Assembly (NCBI GenBank): GCA_963796965.1
Contig: CAWCNS010000006.1
Location: 1-64,000, forward strand
Source of the DNA: Calditrichia bacterium
Lineage (GTDB): Bacteria > Calditrichota > Calditrichia > JAJRVZ01
Length of the DNA stretch: 64,000 nucleotides
Direction: 5' to 3'
Positions 52,240 through 63,390 of this stretch are shown here, in pieces. The notes under the pieces are model-generated. The model did no database searches, was not told the DNA's origin, and saw nothing but the letters and a program-made list of their open reading frames with translations. The position numbers and the translations under genes were made by a program. How positions within the stretch are numbered: the first letter of the stretch is position 1; the number at the start of each line of letters is the position of its first letter.

Positions 52240-53370
52240 TTATTCTGGTCCACTGACCCTATAAGGATTCTCTATGCCATATTCTCTAACTATTTCATCA
52301 TAATCATCAAACCAATAAGCATCGGGATTACTGGTAAATACCATAAACCTTGCTTTTTCCTGCGGATTAGCAGCGCGATGATAACGCATATAAATCCGGC
52401 CGCTGGTTCTTCCTACTACTTCTATTTTTCCCGTGCTATGGGACATGACCAGGCGGGCTCTTTTTGCTAATCCAGAACATTTCATGCGCGATTTTTCAAA
52501 TATCTCAAAAGCTTGTTCAATCGGAATTGCATAGGTTTTATTTCCCAATGTTGGCCGACAAAGAAACAAATAGTAAGGAGGAATGCCTATATATGAGAGC
52601 TGGTTAAATAATTCTGCTAATACCTCAGGATTATCATTAACACCCTTAATCAAAGGTGTTTGATTCACAGTTTCACTCCTGCCTGACGAAGCAGATTCAT
52701 TGCTTTAATCGATTCTACTGTTAGCTCTCTCGGATGATTAAAATGTGCCATGATATATATTTTTCTAGTAGCTGTACTATATGTTCTAAATAAATCTAGC
52801 AAAGAAGGATCGCTGAGGATTCTATAAGGATTAAATATGGGAATCTTTGTTCCTATGCGAATAATCTTGATATGATCCATCTCCCGTAACGGCTTAATCA
52901 CATTTTCTAATTTGGCAGTTGACATAATAAGCGGATCCCCGCCTGTCAACAGCACATTGTTGATTTCTTGGTGATTTCGGATATACTCAAGAGCTTTACT
53001 GACGTCCCGAACAACTTCATCATTTTCATCCATAAATATTCGTTTACGAAAACAAAAGCGACAATAGGCCCCACAAACATCATTGACAAGGATGAGCGCT
53101 GTATACTCATATTTATGCTCCAGACCTGTTAATTTTGGTATAGCCATTCTCGCCAGAAGCATCCAATCGACCCCATGCAGATAATTCCGCCTTGTTTGGG
53201 ATCACAATTCTGCGAATAGGATCATCCGGATCATCCCAATTAATTAATTTTTGATAGTAAGTATTTGAGCGAAACATAAATTTTTGAGTGACTTCTTTTA
53301 ATTCATTTTGGGACGATTTAGATATTTCGGGTATTTGTTCGAGATTAGTTATATACTGAGGTTTCTCCAT
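52240..53370 (-). CDS. KamA-family radical SAM aminomutase-like protein; two frameshifts
   Basis: DDPIRRIVIP, GLEHKY, CGAYCRFCFRKR, LLTGGDPL, HFNHPRE, NQTPLIKGVND, PYYLF, GKIEV. Confidence 0.9.
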
Positions 53371-53744
53371 AAGTACTTCTATCCTTAAAAAGTTGGTAAA
53401 ACATACCGATTTTAATATTTATTGAATTCCTGGGCCGCTTTGATTATGTTCATACATGTCCACGGTAAAGATGGGTGAGCATCTAATATATACGAGAAAC
53501 TTTGTGTTTCCAAATATCACACATTTAATGTGATATAGAATATTAATATTCATAATCGACAAATATAACCATTAATTAAGCCTGTTTATCAGAAAGTAAT
53601 CACATATCAGATAAAAATATATAATACAGTTTCTCCAGCAAATTCTCAGAAGAAATTACATATTGAACTTCTGTCAGCAAAACATATCCGCTATTTTAAG
53701 CATGACGATTCTCTTTTTAAATAATCTGAGCAATTATAGCAAAT

Positions 53745-56003
53745 TTGATATTATATTATAAAGAATATATCTTTCGGGTTATCACAAATAATTATCCGGA
53801 GATGGGCTTGGCCAAAGTATACCTGATTTTATTGATTGTTTTTTTATCCTCAGCTTGTCAGAATGATTCTACAAGCCTTTTGCCCGCATTGAATTTTGAT
53901 GAGAATGAAAGTAAAAGATTTATTTACACAAACAAGGGATCCGGTTATTTCGTAGGCAATTCACATCAACCCAATACAAGAAAATGGGAAGGATGGTATG
54001 TTGACAGTATGCGCTATCTTCTCGATTATGAAATATATTGGGGGTCACAACTTATTAGCCGTGATTCTGTTGAACAATTCACTTACCATCCCTATTCATT
54101 TCATCGAAAATATAGTTCCGGTTTAAATGAGACCGTTACCTTGCTTGATTCAATTAATGCAATTATATGGGAATTTGAATCTCGCTCCAATATCACAGAC
54201 CTACAATTTAAACCTATTTTGGGTAATTCTAAGCATTATGAGCAGGAACTCTTGTCTATTCAATCACCACACCTTATCATTCCTTCAAAGAATGGAGAAC
54301 AAGACACGTCCACAATTTCTGATAGTTGGTTGGGGATAAATTATTATAAAATAAATGAAAATAATGTCGTCGTTGTAGCCGTTTTAGAAGAAAATAAAAA
54401 GAAAGTGATAAATTTACTCAATCGAATAGTTGAAGAACATTCTGCCTTTATACAGGTAAGAATTAATCGCATGTCCCAATTTCTTCTCCAGAATCAAACC
54501 TATACCAATATTCCGGAAATTACAGATGCTATAAATTGGTCACAACTTTCATTAAATGCTCTTATAAGCGAAAATAATCAATCCGGCATTCTATCTGGCT
54601 TACCTGGAAAGCCGGAATTCCTTGGGCGCGACACATTTATATCTCTGACTGGTGCCCTACTGGTCAGTGGTCAATTCCCATTAGCAAAAAAGATCCTGAC
54701 TTGTTTTAGTGAGTATCAATTACAAAACGAGGAGGACCCCTGGTACGGCCGGATTCCTTCCGAAATCACCTCAACAGAGGTAGATTATAATTCAGCTGAT
54801 GTAACCTGGTGGTATATCAGAGCCCTGTATCAATACGTGCTCTTTAGCGGAGACAGAGAATTTGTGCGAGATATATTTTCGGTGGTGAAATATGCAATTG
54901 ACGGTGCGATTCGTTTTCGAATCGATGAGAATTTCTATCTGGTTCACAAGGACAATGAAACCTGGATGAATCAATCTGATGGACAAATTTTATTATCGGC
55001 ACGTGGTAATCGCGCGGTTGAAATTCAATCTTTATGGTATACGGCTTTAATGATAGGATCCAAATTAGCATCGTGGAACAATGATCCAAATTTGGAAGAA
55101 TATTGGTATACAATCGCAAACAGTTTGAGAGAAAATTTTCAAACAGACTTCTGGAAACCATTTCGAAACCACATGTATGATTATCTGGATGCAAATGGTT
55201 CACCCAATAGATCAATTCGTCCAAATATTTTGTTTGCCGGATCATCCTCTCAGTTGCCTGAGATAGAACCCTTAATAAACGATGACATGAAATCCCAGGT
55301 GACAAACGTTGTGATGAAAAAACTAACTTTTCGATATGGAACAAGTACTTTATGGCAGGAAGACCGCAACTTTATTACTACAAATTTTGAACAGAGCACT
55401 GATCCTAAGCCTGGAAATCATCACAATGGTACTATATGGCATTGGCTTTCCGGGACATTAATTTCAAACCTTCTTTATTTTAACCTTGATGAGATCGCTT
55501 TTTATCTCTATTCATATGAATCAAATCAAATATTATATGAAGATGCTATCGGAAATTTTGCATCTTTTAGGGATCCGCATCCCATCCCACAAAAAGAATC
55601 TGCCATTTTAAAAAAAAATCTTTCTTCTTCCATGAGTCTGGCAGAATATGTGCGAAATTTTTACCAAGACTTTATAGGCTATCATCCAAATGCAATAAAT
55701 CAACATATTGATCTGACACCAGTTTTTCCATCAGACTTAAAATATGTATCCACAAATTTACCTTATGCGAATGGTTGGATTCATTTTCAATTTTCCGAGG
55801 AAGAAAACCTATTCAAATTTGAAATTTCAAAAGAAGGTGATGGGGATGAGGTCAATATAGAATTCCAATATCCGGGATTTGATAGAAAACAAATATTACT
55901 CAACGAAGTGAAAACATCAATCAAATTTACCCTGGATCCAACCTCACGAAAATCATATTCACGCTATAACGAACTGGATTGGCATTTTGCCCAATGGGAA
56001 TGA
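53745..56003 (+). CDS. Amylo-alpha-1,6-glucosidase (GDE_C)-like glycoside hydrolase, possible lipoprotein
   Basis: LSSAC lipobox, GRDTFISLTG, GRIP, YNSAD.T.W, ETWM, RGNRAVEIQSLWY, IRPN, HNGTIW.W. Confidence 0.8.
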   Translation: MILYYKEYIFRVITNNYPEMGLAKVYLILLIVFLSSACQNDSTSLLPALNFDENESKRFIYTNKGSGYFVGNSHQPNTRKWEGWYVDSMRYLLDYEIYWGSQLISRDSVEQFTYHPYSFHRKYSSGLNETVTLLDSINAIIWEFESRSNITDLQFKPILGNSKHYEQELLSIQSPHLIIPSKNGEQDTSTISDSWLGINYYKINENNVVVVAVLEENKKKVINLLNRIVEEHSAFIQVRINRMSQFLLQNQTYTNIPEITDAINWSQLSLNALISENNQSGILSGLPGKPEFLGRDTFISLTGALLVSGQFPLAKKILTCFSEYQLQNEEDPWYGRIPSEITSTEVDYNSADVTWWYIRALYQYVLFSGDREFVRDIFSVVKYAIDGAIRFRIDENFYLVHKDNETWMNQSDGQILLSARGNRAVEIQSLWYTALMIGSKLASWNNDPNLEEYWYTIANSLRENFQTDFWKPFRNHMYDYLDANGSPNRSIRPNILFAGSSSQLPEIEPLINDDMKSQVTNVVMKKLTFRYGTSTLWQEDRNFITTNFEQSTDPKPGNHHNGTIWHWLSGTLISNLLYFNLDEIAFYLYSYESNQILYEDAIGNFASFRDPHPIPQKESAILKKNLSSSMSLAEYVRNFYQDFIGYHPNAINQHIDLTPVFPSDLKYVSTNLPYANGWIHFQFSEEENLFKFEISKEGDGDEVNIEFQYPGFDRKQILLNEVKTSIKFTLDPTSRKSYSRYNELDWHFAQWE

Positions 56004-56013
56004 TGAACCCAGG

Positions 56014-58566
56014 TTAATCCAACCACTTAATAAGTCGTGTTTCATGTAAATGAAAATGATCAGGATGTTTTGGAATCACCCGGCAGTTAAAACGATAGGA
56101 TCCGTCAGCATCAGCGAGAACCTTCGCCCGATATTCAATCAGGTCTCCGGGTTTTTTTGCTACCATACCCATCGGAATAATTTTCATTGATTGATGGCCA
56201 CGATACGCGTCCTGTCGTTCAAGAACAATTTCTACCCGAATATCTTTTGGCTCCAATCCGGCAGAACCAACTTCCAACTTTATTTCTCTTTGTTCGCCCG
56301 CAGAGAGAATTCGTCTATCTTCATCCATACTCGTGCCATTCAGTATACTTAAACTTACATTCGGCCATAGTCGTACAATGCGATTTTTCCATTTAGTAAA
56401 TCCATATAACCCTTTATACTCCTCCTGTGAATATTTTTCTGATCTCTTCATAGCGGGGATGTAAAATTTCTGAAGATATTCCCACACCATGCGATGGGCG
56501 CTAAATTGGGTCACCGTTGCATTGAAAGATTGTTTAGACTTTTGGATCCAATCTATTGGTATACCCTCTTTGTTCTGTTTATAATAGAGGGGCACGATCT
56601 CATTTTCTAATGTATCATAGAGCGACTGTGCATCTTCATAATCCTGTTGATCTGCATTTTCATATTGTCTCGATTCACCAATTGCCCATCCACTTTGCCC
56701 GTCATAACCCTCAAGCCACCATCCATCAAGAATACTAAAATTAATCCCACCATTTATCGGTACTTTTTGACCGGAAGTTCCACTTGCTTCCAGAGGACGT
56801 CTCGGTGTATTAAGCCATAAATCAACTCCTGATACTAATGCACGGGCATTACTCATCGAATAATCTTCAACAAACACAACTTTGCCCTTTAATTCCTCAT
56901 CCCGGGACAATTCATTAATCCTACGTATCAAATCTTTGCCAGCTTCATTTGCGGGATGTGCCTTTCCTGCAAAGAGGATTTGTACCGGTTTTTCTTTGTT
57001 ATTCAGAATTTTTTTCACACGCTCTAAATCACTAAAAAAGAGCAATGAGCGTTTATAAGGTGCAAACCTACGTGCAAAACCTATGGTGAGAATATTGGGA
57101 TCGAGTATTTCATCGGAAGAAGGATAGCCCCCATTCCCAGGACCATAACGTTCAATTCGCGTCTGGTATGTTCCCCTCAGATGATCTACCATTTTTATTT
57201 TCATTGTTTTCATCGCATTCCAAAAAACATCGTCCGGTATATCAAATATCTTATCCCAATAATGTTGGTTTCTTATTTGATTTTTCCAATCTGAGTCCAA
57301 ATATTTATCTAAAATTCCCAGCATTTCCCGGTGAAACCAGGTAAAACTATGAACCCCATTAGTAACATGGCCAATGGGAACTTCCTCTGTTGGAATTCCC
57401 GGATAGACTTTTTGCCACATATTTCTGGACACCTCTCCATGGAGCATGCTAACACCGTTTGCCTGACTGGACAGATTGAGGGCCAGAACGGTCAACGAAA
57501 AATTTTCGTGTTGATGAATATTCGTGTTTCGTCCAAGATCAAAAAACTTTTCATGAGAGATCTCTAATTGGGGCCAAATATTTTTAAAATATTTTTCAAT
57601 CATACCAAATTCAAACGCTTCATTACCAGCAGGAATTGGGGTGTGTGTCGTGAATAATGTTGTTGCACGAACAAATTCCAATGCGGTTTTGAAATCCATC
57701 CCACTATTCATCAATTCGTAAATTCTCTCCAGACCAAGAAAAGCAGAATGTCCTTCATTCATATGGAATACGCTCGGCTGAATTCCCATTTTTCGAATCG
57801 CTCGCATTCCTCCAATACCCAAAATTATTTCTTGCTGAATTCGTGTATCACGGCTACCACCATAAAGCGTATGAATGATATTTCTATCTTCGGGACTATT
57901 CTGATCAACAGTGGAATCCAAAAGATATACAGAAACCCGACCAACCTTTACCTTCCAAACTTTCAGGTAAACTTCATGATCGAGCATGGGGACACTTACC
58001 ATTAGTGGTGTTTCACCTTTTTCCATAACCAGTTGGATCGGTAATTTTTCAAGATCCAGCTCCTCATAAATTTCTACCTGATTACCCCCCATGTCAATCT
58101 GTTGATGGAAATAGGCATGTTTATACATCAGCCCGACAGCGACGAAGGGCAGTCCAAGATCACTGGCAGATTTTGTATGATCACCGGCCAAAACACCCAG
58201 ACCACCTGCGTAGTTTGGTAATGACTCATGAATACCATATTCCGCCGAAAAGTAAGCAATCGAATGATCAGCCATTTTGGGATAGTTCTTATAAAACGCC
58301 GTCTCCTTTAATTCTATATAGGCATTTAGTCTCTCCCAGATCGCATTTACCTTATCGATAAATACCTTATCATTTGCTATTTGATTTAGTTTGTCCTTTT
58401 CCACCATTTTTATAAAATTGACGGGGTTTCGCCCGCACTTCCGCCAAACCTCCAGATCAATCTCCTTAAACAAATCGCGTACATCCGGATTCCAGCCAAA
58501 CCAAAGATTATAAGCAAGCAGTTCCAGATTTTTTAGTGGATCAGGTATTTCATATTTATCAGACAT
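56014..58566 (-). CDS. glgP: Alpha-glucan phosphorylase
   Basis: YFSAEYG, YAGGLGVLAGD, HMNEGH, FARRFAPYKR, EASGTSGQK. Confidence 0.96.
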   Translation of the reverse strand: MSDKYEIPDPLKNLELLAYNLWFGWNPDVRDLFKEIDLEVWRKCGRNPVNFIKMVEKDKLNQIANDKVFIDKVNAIWERLNAYIELKETAFYKNYPKMADHSIAYFSAEYGIHESLPNYAGGLGVLAGDHTKSASDLGLPFVAVGLMYKHAYFHQQIDMGGNQVEIYEELDLEKLPIQLVMEKGETPLMVSVPMLDHEVYLKVWKVKVGRVSVYLLDSTVDQNSPEDRNIIHTLYGGSRDTRIQQEIILGIGGMRAIRKMGIQPSVFHMNEGHSAFLGLERIYELMNSGMDFKTALEFVRATTLFTTHTPIPAGNEAFEFGMIEKYFKNIWPQLEISHEKFFDLGRNTNIHQHENFSLTVLALNLSSQANGVSMLHGEVSRNMWQKVYPGIPTEEVPIGHVTNGVHSFTWFHREMLGILDKYLDSDWKNQIRNQHYWDKIFDIPDDVFWNAMKTMKIKMVDHLRGTYQTRIERYGPGNGGYPSSDEILDPNILTIGFARRFAPYKRSLLFFSDLERVKKILNNKEKPVQILFAGKAHPANEAGKDLIRRINELSRDEELKGKVVFVEDYSMSNARALVSGVDLWLNTPRRPLEASGTSGQKVPINGGINFSILDGWWLEGYDGQSGWAIGESRQYENADQQDYEDAQSLYDTLENEIVPLYYKQNKEGIPIDWIQKSKQSFNATVTQFSAHRMVWEYLQKFYIPAMKRSEKYSQEEYKGLYGFTKWKNRIVRLWPNVSLSILNGTSMDEDRRILSAGEQREIKLEVGSAGLEPKDIRVEIVLERQDAYRGHQSMKIIPMGMVAKKPGDLIEYRAKVLADADGSYRFNCRVIPKHPDHFHLHETRLIKWLD

Positions 58567-58671
58567 TATTAAAGTACCTCAGCAATAGTGATTGTTACAT
58601 TCCGTCTTAAGAACGGGAATATTAGTAAAAGTTTGTTTGAAAATCAAAAATCATCATCAATTAGATATTAT

Positions 58672-59394
58672 TTATACCAGACTTCGACCGCCATCTACAG
58701 AAATAACTGTACCAGTGATATAATCACCATCCTCTAGAAGAAACCTTACGGTATTGGCAATATCTTCTGCCTTTCCTTCCCGTTTCAACAAGGTATGAAA
58801 GATTGCCTTTTGCCTCTGCTCAATTGAGAAATCAGGTGGTAAGTGAACCGGCCCTGGATTAATACCATTAACCTGTACTATTGGTGCCAGAACTTTCGCA
58901 AGACCTTTTGTCATACTTATTACGCCACTTTTTGTAAGGGAGTAAGGAAGATACGATGGCCATGGACTTAATCCACTGGTATCAGCAATATTGATTATTT
59001 TTCCACTTCCCTTTTTGAGCATGATTTTACCGGCTTCCTGAGCCAAAAAAAATCCTGCTTTTAAATTTAAATTAAAATGTTTGTCCCAATCATCCTCGGT
59101 GATACTCCCAAATGGTGTTTTAATAAAAATAGCAGCGTTATTTACAAGTATATCAATTCTGCCAACTTCATCAATGATTTGATTTATCAATTTCTTGCCG
59201 GTATGGTGATCCCTAAGATCTCCTTTGAGCAGATGTACATTAGGAAACTCAGTTTTTAGTTCATGTGCCCGTTTTTCACTATGGTAATAATGACAAAAAA
59301 GTTGAGCCCCATTATTGAGCAACATCTCTGAGATGGCACGACCCACTCTGACAGCCCCACCTGTTACTAACGCAATCTTACCCTTAATTTTCAT
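58672..59394 (-). CDS. SDR oxidoreductase (pteridine reductase-like)
   Basis: TGGAVRVG, NNAA, YSLTK, VDGGR. Confidence 0.88.
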   Translation of the reverse strand: MKIKGKIALVTGGAVRVGRAISEMLLNNGAQLFCHYYHSEKRAHELKTEFPNVHLLKGDLRDHHTGKKLINQIIDEVGRIDILVNNAAIFIKTPFGSITEDDWDKHFNLNLKAGFFLAQEAGKIMLKKGSGKIINIADTSGLSPWPSYLPYSLTKSGVISMTKGLAKVLAPIVQVNGINPGPVHLPPDFSIEQRQKAIFHTLLKREGKAEDIANTVRFLLEDGDYITGTVISVDGGRSLV

Positions 59395-59527
59395 TAAAAT
59401 TCCATAGTATAATGTTATTTAAATTTTAGGAATATATTGAGCCCGGTTTTTAAATCCGAAAAGTAAATTGATTATTAAGTTCAAATCCTTTGAAGAGAAC
59501 AAAAATTGCTCATAATGCGCGGATATT

Positions 59528-60151
59528 TTATTCATGGAGAAAAGGATTATGTTGACGCTCTCTACCAATGGTTGTGGGCGGACCGTGGCCTGGGTAAACT
59601 ATAGTAGCATCATCCAACGATAAAAGTCTGGTGCGAATTGAATTTATAAGCTGCTCATAATCCCCACCCGGAAGATCTGTTCTTCCAATTGAATCTAAAA
59701 AAAGACAGTCCCCGACAAAAACATCTGAATCAATTTTAATTGATATTCCCCCGGGAGAATGTCCCGGTGTATGAATGATCGTACACTTCCTATCCCCAAT
59801 CAACAAATGGTTCCCGTCCTCTACAAATTTAATAGATTGAGGTATTTCTCCCACTGATATACCAAAAAAGGAGCCTTGTTCTTTGAGAGACTTTAAGAGA
59901 CCTATATCTCCTTCATGCATATGGAAAGGAAGATTAAAATGATTCATCACCTTGTCAACTTCAGCGGTATGATCAATATGACAATGGGTATTTATGATAT
60001 ATTTTAAATTCAGGTTTTCTTTTTCAACCTCATCTATTAATCGCTCCGCTTCTGCGCCCGGGTCAATAAAGATAGCCTCCCGACTATCCTCATCACATAC
60101 CAGATAACAATTCATGGCAAAACTACCCACAGTAAGAGTCTTTATCTTCAT
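59528..60151 (-). CDS. MBL-fold metallo-hydrolase (glyoxalase II-like)
   Basis: THCHIDH, HTPGHSPG, GDCLF..SIGRTD, PGHGP. Confidence 0.93.
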   Translation of the reverse strand: MKIKTLTVGSFAMNCYLVCDEDSREAIFIDPGAEAERLIDEVEKENLNLKYIINTHCHIDHTAEVDKVMNHFNLPFHMHEGDIGLLKSLKEQGSFFGISVGEIPQSIKFVEDGNHLLIGDRKCTIIHTPGHSPGGISIKIDSDVFVGDCLFLDSIGRTDLPGGDYEQLINSIRTRLLSLDDATIVYPGHGPPTTIGRERQHNPFLHE

Positions 60152-60173
60152 TATCCATTCTCATACATTTGGG

Positions 60174-60362
60174 TTAGCATCCTACCACGCCATCAATAAT
60201 TAAATAGGGGATAATTATATACAACGTAACATCACGTATCAGATAGAAGAGAAAAAAAGCAACTACTACTTTCCATCCTTTAATCTTAATAAATTCTTTA
60301 ATGCCTTCTGTTTTTATTAATTCCCACCACTCGACTGCCCATTTGGGTTTAAGAAAATTCAT
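60174..60362 (-). CDS. Small membrane protein, 62 aa
   Basis: Co-oriented between two genes; amphipathic N-terminus then hydrophobic GWKVVVAFFLFYLIRDVTLYIIIPYL. Confidence 0.65.
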   Translation of the reverse strand: MNFLKPKWAVEWWELIKTEGIKEFIKIKGWKVVVAFFLFYLIRDVTLYIIIPYLIIDGVVGC

Positions 60363-60514
60363 ACGCTTTATTTTATTTCCTATAACAATAATTCCAAAAT
60401 AATCTAATTATATCCACCTAATTTTAAATATAATACCGTAATCGCATCGCAAAGATTACAACCTAAAATGAAGGTGTAAGATCATTAACGAAAATTTTTA
60501 CGAAAACCATCTCA

Positions 60515-61294
60515 TCAAAATGAGATAGTTCCCTCCATAAACAATTTAGCTTCACCACCAATGATTACACGGTCCTTTTTATATTCGCATTTAAGTTTTC
60601 CCCCACGTCCAGAGACCTGGAGTGCCGTCATATGGTCTTTATTTAATTTTTCTGCCCAATAAGGAATAAGTGTACAGTGTGCTGATCCCGTGACCGGATC
60701 TTCAGGGATACCTACTGCCGGTGCAAAAAACCGTGAAACGAAATCTACTTCGTTCCCCGGTGCTGAAACGATCACACCGATACGATCAAGTTCCTTAAGT
60801 GCCTTCATATATGGTCTTAGATTTCTCACTGTTTCTTCAGACTCAAAGATTGCTAAATAATAATTTGATCCCAATACTTCTATAGGCTCAATACCAAGAC
60901 CCTTTATAAGATTCTCAGGCTTATCACATTTTACAGGCTTATGTACCGGAAAGTCCATTAAGTATAAATCTTCTTCTCGCCAAACTTTTAATTCACCGCT
61001 ATGGCTACCAAAAACAACTTCTTTTCGCTCTTTTTCAATCTTATTCATGAGAACCCAGGCAGTAGCCAGGGTTGCATGACCACATAACTCAATTTCTGTC
61101 TGGGGTGTAAACCATCGTATCTGATAATAGTCCCCCCTGTTTACAATAAAGGCCGTTTCAGAAAGATTATTCTCCAAAGCAATATTTTGCATTACCTCAT
61201 CTTCAAGCCAGAACTCTAAAGGACATACTGCTGCAGGATTGCCTGAAAATGCTTGATTGGTAAATGCATCGACCTGAAAGATAGGTAATTTCAT
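60515..61294 (-). CDS. PhzF family epimerase/isomerase
   Basis: QVDAFT..GNPAAV, NLSETAF, LCGHATLA, EDPVTGSAH. Confidence 0.95.
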   Translation of the reverse strand: MKLPIFQVDAFTNQAFSGNPAAVCPLEFWLEDEVMQNIALENNLSETAFIVNRGDYYQIRWFTPQTEIELCGHATLATAWVLMNKIEKERKEVVFGSHSGELKVWREEDLYLMDFPVHKPVKCDKPENLIKGLGIEPIEVLGSNYYLAIFESEETVRNLRPYMKALKELDRIGVIVSAPGNEVDFVSRFFAPAVGIPEDPVTGSAHCTLIPYWAEKLNKDHMTALQVSGRGGKLKCEYKKDRVIIGGEAKLFMEGTISF

Positions 61295-61517
61295 GATTCC
61301 TCTCTCACGATTTTACATTGGTCTACAAAATACGAAAAAAAAGAAATCTTTGCATTATTCAATAATTATTGCCAAAAAGCTAAAAAAAAATGCACCCGAT
61401 TAATGAATTTACTAAACTTGGCTTGTTGAACATAATTGATCAGATCATAAAACATATGTTACATCAAAATCTTCGACCAATGAGATGATATATTGATAAC
61501 TGAGATAAAGGTATCTG

Positions 61518-63383
61518 ATGTCTAAAAAAACTGAAGAAGGCAATTTAGCTTTATATTTGAGAATTCTTTCATTTTTCAAGCCCTATATAAAGATTATAAT
61601 TCTTGTTTTATTCTTTAATTTCATGTTCGTTATCTTCAGCACCGTTTCAATCTGGATGGTAGCCCCCCTCATTACGACTATCTTTGACTCCCAGGAACAA
61701 GTTTCTGAGGAAAAAGCACCTTCACCAGTTGAGACAGGCAGCAGTATACTCAATCTAAACCAATGGATGAAGGAAAAACTCAATCACTATATCATAAAAG
61801 ATTCAAAATCTGAAACTTTGAAGTTTCTTTGTATTCTTATTTTTCTATTATTTTTGTTCAAAAACTTTTTTGGATTTTTGAAATCCTGGTGGATTGCCTA
61901 TGTTGAACAGCGATTCATCAAGGACATCAGAGATAAAATATATAATCATCTGCTTTTCCAACCGCTCAGTTTCTTTTCGCGTTATCAGACGGGAAACCTG
62001 ATGTCCAGGGTAACCAATGATGTGAATGTTCTGAATGAATCAATGGAACATAATTTCACAAAAGTCATTAGCGATCCGCTTATGATTGTTATTTTTGTTA
62101 CCCTTCTTATTAGTATCAGTTGGCAATTAAGTCTGGTTGCCTCCATTGTATTTCCTCTCACTGGTATCATTATCGGAAAAATAGGTCAGAGCCTAAAAAG
62201 GAAAAGTCATCGCGTCCAGGAGCGTATTGCCGATGTAACAACTGTTTTACAGGAGACCATTACCGGAATTAAGGTTGTAAAAGCATTTTCTATGGAAGGA
62301 TATGAGTCCAAAAAATTTCAATCTAAAACTTTTGAGCATTTTAAAACCTTTGTCAGGAGAACAAGACTACATCGTCTTACCGGTCCTTTGTCAGAAGTAA
62401 CAGGTATTGGTATTATGGTGTGCGTTTTGTGGTACGGTGGACAGATGGTTCTTTCTGGAGATTTACTTAGTTCAGAGGATTTTATCCGTTTTATTGCCAT
62501 CCTTTTTTCATTGATGGATCCGATAAAAAAACTCGGTCAGTTTAACAATGATGTTCAGATTTCTTTGGCAGCAGGAGGACGAATTTTTGATATTCTTGAT
62601 ACCCAATCATCAATTACAGATCGCCCGGGTGCTCAGGTTAAACCGGATTTTTTGGAGAAGGTATCCTATGAAGATGTATCCTTTCAATATACTCCGGAGG
62701 ATAAACCTGTATTAAATAAAATAAACCTTAATGTCACCAAAAACAGAAAAGTTGCAATTGTTGGTGGCAGTGGCGCTGGTAAAACAACTCTTGTAAACCT
62801 TTTACCACGATTTTATGAAGTCAGCACAGGTATTGTCTCCATTGATGGCAGCGACATTCGTAATCTTACCATGAGTAGTCTCCGTCGTCTTATGGGTATT
62901 GTAACTCAGGATGTCATTCTTTTTAATGATACAGTTGCAAACAATATCGCTTATGGAATGCCAGACTATTCCAAAGATGATATCATGCATGTTGCAAAAC
63001 TGGCCAATGCCCATGAGTTTATTGAGGATCTACCGGAAGGATATGATACTATGATCGGAGAACGGGGCACACGATTATCGGGTGGGCAAAGACAGCGCAT
63101 TTCTATTGCCCGCGCAATATTGAAAAATCCCCCCATACTCATATTCGATGAAGCGACATCTTCTCTTGATTCAGAAACGGAGCGACTTATTCAGCAGGCC
63201 ATCGAAAATTTGATGAAGGATCGTACCGTATTAATTATTGCACACCGGTTGTCGACAATTATGAATTCAGATAAGATTGTTGTGCTTGAAGAAGGCAATA
63301 TAATTGATGAGGGAACTCATGCAGAACTGCTCGAAAGATGTGATCGATATCGCTATTTGTATGAGTTACAATTTAAAGGATAG
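61518..63383 (+). CDS. ABC exporter, fused TMD-NBD (MsbA-like)
   Basis: GGSGAGKTT, LSGGQRQR, FDEATSSLD, IAHRLST. Confidence 0.92.
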   Translation: MSKKTEEGNLALYLRILSFFKPYIKIIILVLFFNFMFVIFSTVSIWMVAPLITTIFDSQEQVSEEKAPSPVETGSSILNLNQWMKEKLNHYIIKDSKSETLKFLCILIFLLFLFKNFFGFLKSWWIAYVEQRFIKDIRDKIYNHLLFQPLSFFSRYQTGNLMSRVTNDVNVLNESMEHNFTKVISDPLMIVIFVTLLISISWQLSLVASIVFPLTGIIIGKIGQSLKRKSHRVQERIADVTTVLQETITGIKVVKAFSMEGYESKKFQSKTFEHFKTFVRRTRLHRLTGPLSEVTGIGIMVCVLWYGGQMVLSGDLLSSEDFIRFIAILFSLMDPIKKLGQFNNDVQISLAAGGRIFDILDTQSSITDRPGAQVKPDFLEKVSYEDVSFQYTPEDKPVLNKINLNVTKNRKVAIVGGSGAGKTTLVNLLPRFYEVSTGIVSIDGSDIRNLTMSSLRRLMGIVTQDVILFNDTVANNIAYGMPDYSKDDIMHVAKLANAHEFIEDLPEGYDTMIGERGTRLSGGQRQRISIARAILKNPPILIFDEATSSLDSETERLIQQAIENLMKDRTVLIIAHRLSTIMNSDKIVVLEEGNIIDEGTHAELLERCDRYRYLYELQFKG

Positions 63384-63390
63384 TAATTTT

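Noticed and set aside
53745..58566. Glycogen operon of debranching-like enzyme and glgP
   Set aside because: The genes are convergent rather than co-transcribed, and the hydrolase looks exported, so the link may be coincidental.
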